A stretch of DNA of 64,000 nucleotides. Origin: an uncultured bacterium (GTDB lineage Bacteria; Verrucomicrobiota; Kiritimatiellia; RFP12; UBA1067). Positions within the stretch are counted from its first letter, which is position 1; each line of letters opens with the position of its first letter. This document shows positions 1 through 7,574 of the stretch, piece by piece. Position numbers and translations under genes: made by a program. The stretch covers positions 3,590,406 to 3,654,405 of the forward strand of contig OW818680.1 in the NCBI GenBank assembly GCA_942493055.1, written 5' to 3'. Under the pieces are notes generated by a model, which was not told the DNA's origin, did no database searches, and worked only from the letters and a program-made list of their open reading frames with translations.

Positions 1-1
1 A

Positions 2-243
2 CCTGGACATGTCGCGGACGCCCGGCAGGTCACACGGCTGCAAGGGCTGGACCCCGACCGCTGGCACGGACATGTCGAGACAGGGCTGAAGCTGCTCTCC
101 CGTCCTGAATATGCCGCGCAGGTCCAGTATGGCTATTGCCGCGCCGCGGAGACGATCCACTACGTCGAGCAGATCCTGCTCCACTACGGACACTATAAGA
201 ACGTCTTTGAGTCCGCCCCCCAGATTCCCCCGCCCCCGCACTG
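2..243 (+). CDS. C-terminal fragment of an SLT-domain lytic murein transglycosylase (MltF-like); the gene starts upstream of the window
   Basis: An open frame runs from the window edge to TGA at 241-243. The translation ...DPDRWHGHVETGLKLLSRPEYAAQVQYGYCRAAETIHYVEQILLHYGHY resembles the C-terminal region downstream of the SLT catalytic domain of MltF-type enzymes (pattern [21 protein letters not shown]). Confidence 0.5.
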
Positions 244-309
244 ATTGTTCCCAAAAAAAGAGACCAGCCTTTTCAGGGCCGGCCTCTCGTTGAGCTGTTG
301 GAAGCTGCG

Positions 310-666
310 TTACTTCACCAGGGCTGCGCGCGCCTGGGCGACAATCTTCTTGAAGCCTTCCGCATCCTGGATTGCCATTTCGGAGAGCATCTTGCGATTG
401 ATTTCGATGCCAGCCTTGATGACGCCTTCCATGAAGCGGCTGTAGGTCATCCCTTCAGCGCGGACGGCCAGGTTGATACGGGTGATCCACAAGGCGCGGA
501 ACTCGCGTTTGCGGTCCTTGCGGTGGATGGTTGCCAAACGCTGTGCGCGATCGACAGCCTCTGTGGCCTGGCGGAAAAGTTTGCTACGGGAGCCGCGAAA
601 ACCTTTCGCGAGCTCTAACCGCCTGCGGCGGCGCTCTCTTGAAGCTGGTCCATTACTGACACGCAT
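310..666 (-). CDS. rplT: 50S ribosomal protein L20
   Basis: 118 aa with an Arg-rich N-terminus (RERRRRRLELAKGFRGSRSKLFR); typical L20 length; lies directly downstream of rpmI. Confidence 0.95.
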   Translation of the reverse strand: MRVSNGPASRERRRRRLELAKGFRGSRSKLFRQATEAVDRAQRLATIHRKDRKREFRALWITRINLAVRAEGMTYSRFMEGVIKAGIEINRKMLSEMAIQDAEGFKKIVAQARAALVK

Positions 667-678
667 GGTTCAATCTCC

Positions 679-876
679 TTAGTTGCCCTGCAGCATACGC
701 GCCGCAGTCTTTTGGAATGTTACATCAATGGTGGTGGTACCACGGAGATTGCGCTTACGTCCGCGTGACTTGTACCCATTCAAATGGGACTTGCCAGCTT
801 GTGACCGTTTCACGTTGCCCGTGGCCGACATTTTAAGGCGCTTTACCGCGCTCTTCTTGGTCTTCATTCTAGGCAT
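679..876 (-). CDS. rpmI: 50S ribosomal protein L35
   Basis: 65 aa starting MPRMKTKKSAVKRLKMSATGNVKR, the typical L35 sequence; 12-nt gap to rplT. Confidence 0.93.
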   Translation of the reverse strand: MPRMKTKKSAVKRLKMSATGNVKRSQAGKSHLNGYKSRGRKRNLRGTTTIDVTFQKTAARMLQGN

Positions 877-1190
877 AATATACCTCGTCTCGTGTTGAAG
901 CCTGAACCCGCAGGGCAGTCAGCCATGAAAGCCCGTACAGGATCGTTCAATCATCCTTACTCGGGATGAAAAGGAGTGTTAAAATATCAAAACAGAGGAG
1001 GCGAGTCGAGCGCGAAAAGCAAAAAAGCTCATTTTTTCTGAAAAGCCCGCCTCGATTTGCTGATAACATCAAGTTTTTTCACCAAATTAACCGAATTAAG
1101 CTAATTCCAATTCGTTCCATTCGTTTAATTCGTTGATAAAAGTTCTGCCCTCGCTTCTGCCCAGCCTGAAGGCGGAACTCCAAACAGCCG

Positions 1191-1862
1191 TCATCCGGCG
1201 CTTGGACAGAGGTTGCGCAAGGGACAGCTTGGGCAGTTCGGGGCTTGGGCGTAACAGAAGTCGCGTCCGAGAAAGATCATGTTGACGTGAAGCGATATGG
1301 CGTCGGTCATGGGGACGAGCGCCTGGATGGCGTCCACGCCCTTCTGATGCGGGGCAGCGCCCTTTTGGTCGGGAATCCAGCCGAGGCGCTGCGAGATGCG
1401 CCAGATGTGGGTGTCGACGGCAAAGACATTGGCATTGAGTCCGAATTGGAGGAAGCAGCGGGCGACCTTGGTGCCGACGCCAGGGAGGGACAGCAGGAAG
1501 GCTTCAGCCTCTTGCGTGGTCATGCGCTTGAGCGGACTCAGGGTCAGCCGGCCAAAGGTTGCTTGGATGAGGCGCCAGGATTCCCGGATGTCGGCTGCGC
1601 GGCGGTTGGAGAAGCCGGTGCACTTCAGGGGCGCGGCAAGCGCCTCAACAGGGGCTTTGAGAATCGCCTCATGCGTGGGGAAGAGAAGTTTGCACGCCTG
1701 AAAAGCCTTTTCGCACGACTGCACCGTGGTGCGCGTGCTAAGCATAAACCAGAGCAACTCGTCCATCAGCTTCGGATTCGTCTCGGCGGGATATTTCCCG
1801 TAATGCTTCAAGAGCAATGCATCAACTTTTTCAGGTTCAGCCTTCTTTTGTTTCATGCGCAA
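1191..1862 (-). CDS. nth: Endonuclease III family DNA glycosylase/AP lyase (HhH-GPD fold with a 4Fe-4S cluster loop)
   Basis: HhH-GPD type sequence with a C-terminal Cys cluster CYAQAPNCPSCPLRNLC (C-x6-C-x2-C-x5-C); 223 aa. Confidence 0.85.
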   Translation of the reverse strand: MRMKQKKAEPEKVDALLLKHYGKYPAETNPKLMDELLWFMLSTRTTVQSCEKAFQACKLLFPTHEAILKAPVEALAAPLKCTGFSNRRAADIRESWRLIQATFGRLTLSPLKRMTTQEAEAFLLSLPGVGTKVARCFLQFGLNANVFAVDTHIWRISQRLGWIPDQKGAAPHQKGVDAIQALVPMTDAISLHVNMIFLGRDFCYAQAPNCPSCPLRNLCPSAG

Positions 1863-1985
1863 GAGCGTATCAGATTCAGAGCCTGTTTTTCAAAAGAAAA
1901 GAACTTGATAGTCTATTTTAGATTTGTGGTTTTAGGGTTGAGGCTTTAAGATGGACATATCTTCAATTGGGGTGTTTAAAACATA

Positions 1986-2885
1986 ATGCGTAAGAAAGCG
2001 GCACAGTTTTTAGATTCGATCGCGTATGAACGCGGGTTGTCCGAGAATACGCGCGCGGCGTATGAGCGCGACCTCTCGGATTTCTTTGCGTATCTGGAGG
2101 GTGTCGCAAAGGTGACGGCGTTTGCGCAGGTGACGCGGGAGCATGTTACGGATTACCTGCTCTATGAAAAACGCCAGGGCCTGGCCATCGCCACGCGCGC
2201 CCGGCGGCTCGTCGCCATCAAAGTCCTCTTCCAATATCTTCTTGCGGAAAAGCAGATGAGCGAAGATGTCACGGAGACCATCGAGTCTTCGAAGAAGGGA
2301 CGCATCTTGCCGCGTACCTTGTCGGAGCAGGAGGTCGCGACCCTGTTGAACTCCATCGAGGGGACCAGTGTCCAGGGCATCCGGGACCGTTGCATGCTGG
2401 AACTTTTTTATGCCTCGGGCTTGCGTGTCTCGGAGGTGGTGAATTTGCGGGTCTCGGATATCCGAATGGACGAGACGTTGGTCCGGTGCATCGGCAAGGG
2501 CAACAAGCAGCGCTTTGTGCCGCTGGGCAGCGAAGCGTGCGGCTGGCTGAACAAGTATCTGGCTGAGGCGCGGCCGTCCTTGAGTAGAGGCGACACCACG
2601 CAGACCGGGCTCTTCCTGACCCGGCTCGGCAAGCCCTTCACCCGGCAGGGCATCTTCGATATGCTGATGAAGCGCGCGCAGGCCGCCGGTCTTGCAAAGG
2701 ATATTTCACCTCATGTGCTGCGCCACTGCTTTGCCACGCATTTGCTGGCGCATGGCACCCAGATCCGCGCGATCCAGGAGATGCTCGGCCATGCGGACAT
2801 CTCCACCACGCAAGTCTATACGCATGTCGATGACGGCGAGGTCGTCAATGTCCATGCGCGGTTTCATCCAAGAGCCAAGCGGTAA
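1986..2885 (+). CDS. Site-specific tyrosine recombinase, XerC/XerD family
   Basis: 299 aa with an N-terminal SAM-like domain and a C-terminal catalytic domain ending LGHADISTTQVYTHV...HPRAKR. XerC and XerD cannot be distinguished from sequence alone. Confidence 0.85.
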   Translation: MRKKAAQFLDSIAYERGLSENTRAAYERDLSDFFAYLEGVAKVTAFAQVTREHVTDYLLYEKRQGLAIATRARRLVAIKVLFQYLLAEKQMSEDVTETIESSKKGRILPRTLSEQEVATLLNSIEGTSVQGIRDRCMLELFYASGLRVSEVVNLRVSDIRMDETLVRCIGKGNKQRFVPLGSEACGWLNKYLAEARPSLSRGDTTQTGLFLTRLGKPFTRQGIFDMLMKRAQAAGLAKDISPHVLRHCFATHLLAHGTQIRAIQEMLGHADISTTQVYTHVDDGEVVNVHARFHPRAKR

Positions 2886-3093
2886 GCCCGCCGCCAGCGG
2901 AACTGGAACAAACGAAGGAGTAACTTCTCAAATTGAGAGTTGAGAGTTAAACGTTGAGAGTTCCACACGCCCCTTGGTCGTGCCTAACGGCGGTCCCTTG
3001 GGGTTCCCTGATTTTCCCGGCTGGAATAGATATGGCGGCATAACGTAAGTCCTCTCGTTATGACTGGAATGTCAACCGGGGCCGGAGTCGGCG

Positions 3094-3139
3094 GTAGAAA
3101 AGAAAAGACCGCGCCGTGAAGGTCGTTCAACGGCGCGGT
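3094..3139 (-). terminator. Rho-independent terminator candidate downstream of relE/parE
   Basis: 10-bp stem accgcgccgt/acggcgcggt (3108-3117 and 3130-3139). On the minus strand it is followed by the run cuuuucuuuucu (3094-3107). Confidence 0.5.
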
Positions 3140-3257
3140 TAGGGTCGTTTTAATATTTTGAAAAGCTATATCATGGGGACGAAGTGGAGGGTAAGGAGAT
3201 TTGGACGTTAGCGGTGAGGCGGCGGTATCCCGTCGCCTCAACCGCCTGGTTCGGTTG

Positions 3258-3566
3258 TTATAATTGACTCAAGTAATCTTGCGCTCCATAGAAAAATCGA
3301 AGAATATGAATCCGCTTCGTCTGTTCTTCGATTCTGAAAATCAAGAGGTAATTGCCGATCAGAGCTTTTCGATACCCTTTATTTCTCAAATAGGGGTCAT
3401 CGCACACCACATAGATTTTGGGACGGGTCTTGAGGAGTGCATAACAGTCCTCAATCTTCTCCAAGAACGCACGTGCAGCGATGGGGTTGGCAAGTTCGCC
3501 CGTCATGTAATTCACGATGCCATCCAAGTCCTGCTCAGCAAGCTCTGTAACATTCAGTCTATACAT
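3258..3566 (-). CDS. Type II toxin-antitoxin system toxin, RelE/ParE family
   Basis: 102 aa, RelE/ParE-like (…YLLIFRIEEQTKRIHILRFFYGAQDY); overlaps the upstream antitoxin gene by 8 nt. Confidence 0.85.
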   Translation of the reverse strand: MYRLNVTELAEQDLDGIVNYMTGELANPIAARAFLEKIEDCYALLKTRPKIYVVCDDPYLRNKGYRKALIGNYLLIFRIEEQTKRIHILRFFYGAQDYLSQL

Positions 3567-3819
3567 GATATTTTGCCCGAAGAGATTTTAAAGAGGCGGT
3601 CGCTTCTTTCGACAGACCCTGCTGCACTTGCTGTTCGGCATCGGCAAGCTTGGCATAGACATCCAGCTTTGCCAGACTCTCTTCATAGCGCTTCATGCTC
3701 ATAATCACCATATCACCATAACCGTTTTTGGTAATGAAGATGGGGGTGTCCGACAAGCGGCACTTTTCCGAGATTGCGGATGTGTTTTTCAGGTCTCTTA
3801 TTGGTATTATTTGCGGCAT
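3559..3819 (-). CDS. Type II toxin-antitoxin system antitoxin, Phd/YefM family
   Basis: 86 aa (MPQIIPIRDLKNTSAISEKC...PIFITKNGYGDMVIMSMKRYEESLAKL) with the Phd/YefM fold signature. An AAGGAG ribosome-binding site lies 8 nt upstream of the start. Confidence 0.8.
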   Translation of the reverse strand: MPQIIPIRDLKNTSAISEKCRLSDTPIFITKNGYGDMVIMSMKRYEESLAKLDVYAKLADAEQQVQQGLSKEATASLKSLRAKYHV

Positions 3820-3840
3820 AGAATCAACTCCTTATTGTGG

Positions 3841-3875
3841 GATATTTATACCATTATAATCCCACGGCGACAAGT
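3841..3875. promoter_or_regulatory. Palindromic operator overlapping the -10 element of the phd/relE promoter
   Basis: Inverted repeat gtgggat-N17-atcccac. On the minus strand the spacer contains TATAAT. It sits about 30 nt upstream of the phd start, the usual arrangement for toxin-antitoxin autoregulation. Confidence 0.5.
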
Positions 3876-3977
3876 AAATAATGTTTTTACTTCATTTCAG
3901 ATTGAACAACGTCATTTCTCAGGTTTGGCGCGTTAGCGACGTAACCTGCAGAAAATTAGGAACCCTTCTTCTCCGGT

Positions 3978-4730
3978 TTATATGTTTTGCCCACGATCTT
4001 TGTATAGAATCTCCCTGAACTCTATAGGACGTATCTTTATTGGATTGCCCGTTCTGCGCAAGCCTTCAACTCTCAACTTAATATCTTGCCCTGGCGAGGG
4101 TGTTGGACAATTGAATATCAACTCAAAACAATTCCAGAGATCAATTTGGGGAACTTCAATAACAAGCTCGTCATTATCTGCATTCCTTCTGATCCCTTCC
4201 TTGTAAGGAACGGAAAAAGCTTTTCCGCTGGTTGCTTTAGAAGGAAAGGCAAAAACGTATCCTTCAGCTGCTTTCTTCTTCAATTGCGTCTCATCCCAGT
4301 GCTTCGAAAACGCAAAACTAGTATATGGGAAATAGTCGACTGGGCCTTCGATCCCGGCCACACTAACTTCGACATTATCCACGAGCAGCGTGATCTGTTT
4401 CGCGTCCAGAGAGTAGCCTGCACTCTTCGGCAGAATGCCTATCAATAGCCTGAATTCCTTGGTTGTGTCGTAGGACGGCCTGCACCTGTAGAATCCCAAA
4501 TCGGGATCCTCTTGTATCAACGGGAAGAGAGAATTTCTCTGAGTGCAAATGTCATTGAAAAGGCGAACGTGTAACGCGACATCTGGATAATCAATGCGAG
4601 AGTAGTTGATAGTCTTTCCGGTCGATGACGTGGCTGTGCTCACGCGATATTGCAGGTTATAGGCACATCCCGTGAGACTGAGCACGAGTGCCACCAGAAA
4701 GCTGGTTGTCAGAATGCGTTTTCTCATCAT
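3978..4730 (-). CDS. Hypothetical lipoprotein
   Basis: N-terminal signal peptide with a lipobox (LVALVLSLTGC); 250 aa; no recognisable domain. Confidence 0.6.
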   Translation of the reverse strand: MMRKRILTTSFLVALVLSLTGCAYNLQYRVSTATSSTGKTINYSRIDYPDVALHVRLFNDICTQRNSLFPLIQEDPDLGFYRCRPSYDTTKEFRLLIGILPKSAGYSLDAKQITLLVDNVEVSVAGIEGPVDYFPYTSFAFSKHWDETQLKKKAAEGYVFAFPSKATSGKAFSVPYKEGIRRNADNDELVIEVPQIDLWNCFELIFNCPTPSPGQDIKLRVEGLRRTGNPIKIRPIEFREILYKDRGQNI

Positions 4731-4792
4731 GTGTTCCGAATGTCAGCCACACACGGCGGTCACGCCGTTGTGTGGGCTGACGGGTTCGGCTC

Positions 4793-5194
4793 TTACCTCT
4801 CATCCTCACTCCACCACCGGAGAGCCTGAATATCCGGGTCTGAAGCCAGAATCTTGTCCAGCGCATCGGAAACTCTGCCGACATCTGCGGTGGTATCAAT
4901 CTTCCTGAAGAACTTTCGAATCATCGGCTTGCTCGGCTCAACGAAAACCAAGTACCCGTCCGAGTACTCCTGATAATGCCCGCAACCTATCCACATGGAA
5001 AATCCATCGTGCGGCAACGGAATACCCCAGCCCCAATCTTCGGCGTAAATCTCGCCGGTCTGAATACCGGCCGCTCGTAGCTTCTCTGTCAGATACTCGG
5101 CCAATCGCTTGCCCCACAAGTCGGGATTGACTTGCTCCTGCTCGCCTTCGTAGGGCGGAAACTTGGCTGAACGGAACTCAACGTGTGTGCGCAT
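4793..5194 (-). CDS. Hypothetical protein (133 aa)
   Basis: Compact ORF co-directional with the flanking genes and with coding-like composition; no recognisable domain. Confidence 0.5.
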   Translation of the reverse strand: MRTHVEFRSAKFPPYEGEQEQVNPDLWGKRLAEYLTEKLRAAGIQTGEIYAEDWGWGIPLPHDGFSMWIGCGHYQEYSDGYLVFVEPSKPMIRKFFRKIDTTADVGRVSDALDKILASDPDIQALRWWSEDER

Positions 5195-5219
5195 GATTCA
5201 CTCCGACGAACGATGCTCA

Positions 5220-5690
5220 TCATGCGCGCGCGTTTCGCGCGTCGCATGGATGAGCTGGTTGTGCATTCCGTTTGATCTGAATTGTCTTCCCCCAAGGCCC
5301 TGGAACGTGCATCGTTGACCACGTCCCAATCGTCCGCCATCCGCCGCCCTGCGGTTCCTGAAGCTCTGCCTTGACGGCCCTGTCCCCTCGCCAGTGTTCT
5401 CGAATGCGCAACCTGCCAGAGATGAATCCCTGCACCGCATCGAAGTACCTTTGCTGGATGAACTCCTCACCGCACGGAAACCACTCCAAGCAGAACGCTC
5501 CGGCGTTCATATGAAGCTCGTCTTCCTGAAGGTTTAGGTTCACAGGGACGATCAGCCCCTCTTGCTGCGGAATATCCAGTTCCATATCGACATTCGCTGT
5601 ATGCAAGTCCAGCCGCATGGTCAAGGCGGGGAAGCCCGACTGAATTCGCTTGAATATCCCCACTGCTATGGATCTGTTCTTTTCGTTCAT
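5220..5690 (-). CDS. Hypothetical protein; start assigned to the internal Met (MNEKNRS)
   Basis: The 184-aa ORF extends into an AT-rich, repeat-dense region, so the Met at 5690 is the likelier start. The C-terminal third is low-complexity and may not be coding. Confidence 0.3.
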   Translation of the reverse strand: MNEKNRSIAVGIFKRIQSGFPALTMRLDLHTANVDMELDIPQQEGLIVPVNLNLQEDELHMNAGAFCLEWFPCGEEFIQQRYFDAVQGFISGRLRIREHWRGDRAVKAELQEPQGGGWRTIGTWSTMHVPGPWGKTIQIKRNAQPAHPCDARNARA

Positions 5691-5703
5691 TATCCTTATT
5701 ATT

Positions 5704-5940
5704 ATGGGACTGTCCCATATCAAAAAAATTAGTATGGCAAAAATATTGTTTTGGGACAAGAATGAAGAGTTCATTTGTTGAAAATCAAGGAGTTATAAAA
5801 TCGAGTCTGTCCCATATCAATATATTGGCGATTTATTGCAAAGCGACGGAGCGTCCCAAAACTTATTTTAAGAAATTCATGCAAAGCAACGAAAGTATTG
5901 TTGATCATCAACGGGTTACGAAAGAAATACGTCCCAAAAC
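5704..5940. repeat. Cluster of GTCCC-core motifs: the perfect palindrome atgggacTgtcccat, ctgtcccatatcaa twice, and gtcccaaaac three times (one inverted)
   Basis: 5704-5718 is the palindrome. ctgtcccatatcaa occurs at 5710-5723 and 5807-5820. cgtcccaaaac occurs at 5852-5862 and 5930-5940, and its reverse complement at 5749-5758. Confidence 0.7.
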
Positions 5941-6039
5941 GTGTGATTTCATGAAACTGATATTTTCCAGCTTGTCTGCGGTCTTCCTGCGTCGGTCTCT
6001 CGGGGGTTTCGTGCTTCATAGGGGGATAGAGTTCCACCT

Positions 6040-6480
6040 CCGCTAAAGCTACGGCGGACAAGAAGGCTACGGCGTGACAGGTCAAACATTCAACATCGAA
6101 CATCGAACGTCGAATTTTGAATTTTGAATAAGGCAATAAGGCTCGTTGAAGCGAAGCGGAAACCATTCGGCGAATGCCGAAAGCGAAGCGGTAATCACGC
6201 AATAACGCAATGATTTTGAAGTTACAGGTAAGCGCCCCGCCAGCAGAGCTGGAATAAACGAGGAGATAACTTTATCAACGAATTAAACGAATGGAGCGAA
6301 TGATGTATGGTAGGGACGGTTCGCCGAACCGTCCGCGGCTCGTTCGGCGAACGAGCCCTACCATTTCCAACATGGCTTACGTGCGACAAAATGGCCAAGT
6401 TACAGGCAAGCCCGCCGCCCGGGGCCCCGGGAATAAACTGACTGGTAACTTATTTAGCATCGAATAGCGCGAACCACACG
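6040..6480. repeat. Non-coding block of tandemly duplicated short words and nested palindromes; a member of a repeat family dispersed through the window
   Basis: Examples: ttcaacatcgaacatcgaacgtcgaattttgaattttgaataaggcaataaggc; gaagcgaagcgg...cgaaagcgaagcgg; inverted repeat ggtagggacggttcgccgaac...gttcggcgaacgagccctacc (6308-6362). The block shares exact words with 1117-1140, 28399-28490 and 2881-2925. Confidence 0.7.
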
Positions 6481-6756
6481 AATAAAAAGAATGTTTTACG
6501 CGAAGATCGCTATGAGAGGTGCTTGCACGGAAAGCCCCCGCAAGTGGCTGAATACCCACCTTCGCCAAGGCTACGGCGGGCATGCAGCCGGGGCTTATCT
6601 CGTGCAAGCACCCGAGTGTCACGCATCGACTCTGGGTGAAGGACGAGCTGTGCCGTCGGCGTATTCGCCGAATGCGTAGGCACGCCGTCCTTCACCCAAA
6701 TAGCGCTCTTTGCGAAAAAGTATTCAAGAATGAAAGTTCAAGTTATAGACAAGCCC

Positions 6757-7536
6757 TCACCAGACGATTTCGCGGGATTCGAAAACAGGTCCGTCGCGGC
6801 AGACGCGGCCGGTCCATTCAATGCCGTCTTCTTTGCGAAGCTTCTGGATGCAGGCCAGGCAGGCGCCGACGCCGCAGACCATGTGCTTGTCGAGTGAGAG
6901 CCAGCCCTTCATGTTGTGTTCGATGGCGCGCTGGCCCACGGCCTTGAGCATGCCGTCCGGTCCGCAGGCGAAGAGATCGAAGGCCAGGTTCTTGAGCTTG
7001 AGCTGCTTGATCTCGCGGTCAAGCGGCTGGGTGACCAGTCCGGTCTCGCCTTGCGAGCCATCTTGCGTGGTGATGTAGACGCTCCAGCCCATGTGCTGCA
7101 GCAACTCGCTGGCGAGGATGTCATCCGCGGTCCGCCCGCCGATGAAGACCGTGCCTTTCCTCGGGAGTTTTTCCGCAAGGAAACAGAGCGGCGCCACGCC
7201 GAACCCGCCGCCGACCAAGAGGGGCACGCCTTTGAGGGTCAAGGGGAAGCCCTTTCCAAGGGGGCCAATAACAGAGAGTTTCTCGCCAGCCTTGAGCGCG
7301 GTCAGTTTTTCGGTTCCTCGTCCGACGCTCTTGTAGAGGATTTTAAGCTTCCCGTCTGTGGCCCCGAAAATACTGAAGGGCCTGCGCAACGCCGTCTCTT
7401 CCAGAGAGGGGATGCGGATGTGTACGAATTGGCCCGGCTGCGCAACGGCGGCGAGCTCCTTGGCATCAAGAGTGAGCGTCCAGTAGCCTGCTTTCAGCGG
7501 GGCATGGTGAATGATTTTGCAGAGTGCGTCTTTCAC
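6757..7536 (-). CDS. pyrK: Dihydroorotate dehydrogenase electron-transfer subunit (ferredoxin-NADP reductase-like, 2Fe-2S)
   Basis: 259 aa with an FAD/NAD-binding barrel (RPFSI..., GGGFGVAPL) and a C-terminal Cys cluster CGVGACLACI...C. Confidence 0.85.
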   Translation of the reverse strand: MKDALCKIIHHAPLKAGYWTLTLDAKELAAVAQPGQFVHIRIPSLEETALRRPFSIFGATDGKLKILYKSVGRGTEKLTALKAGEKLSVIGPLGKGFPLTLKGVPLLVGGGFGVAPLCFLAEKLPRKGTVFIGGRTADDILASELLQHMGWSVYITTQDGSQGETGLVTQPLDREIKQLKLKNLAFDLFACGPDGMLKAVGQRAIEHNMKGWLSLDKHMVCGVGACLACIQKLRKEDGIEWTGRVCRDGPVFESREIVW

Positions 7537-7574
7537 TTAAATCTTCCTTGTTGGATATTGGATATTCACTTTGG

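Noticed and set aside
5089-5470. Two short minus-strand ORFs (83 and 90 aa)
   Set aside because: Alternative frames of the 5220-5690 gene region and overlapping the 4793-5194 gene. Translating upstream of their Met gives Arg/Gly noise.
5771-6202. 143-aa minus-strand ORF in the AT-rich repeat zone
   Set aside because: It runs through the tandem word repeats and palindromes (5800-6200). The composition is driven by the repeats, with no ribosome-binding site and no homology.
6040-6480. Possible CRISPR array
   Set aside because: The repeats are short (6-10 nt) and immediately tandem or irregularly spaced, with no fixed repeat-spacer periodicity; no cas genes are present.
6582-6947. 121-aa Arg-rich plus-strand ORF, and a 56-aa ORF at 6727
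   Set aside because: They span a repeat-rich non-coding zone and the antisense of pyrK. The poly-Arg/Cys composition is typical of GC-rich noise.
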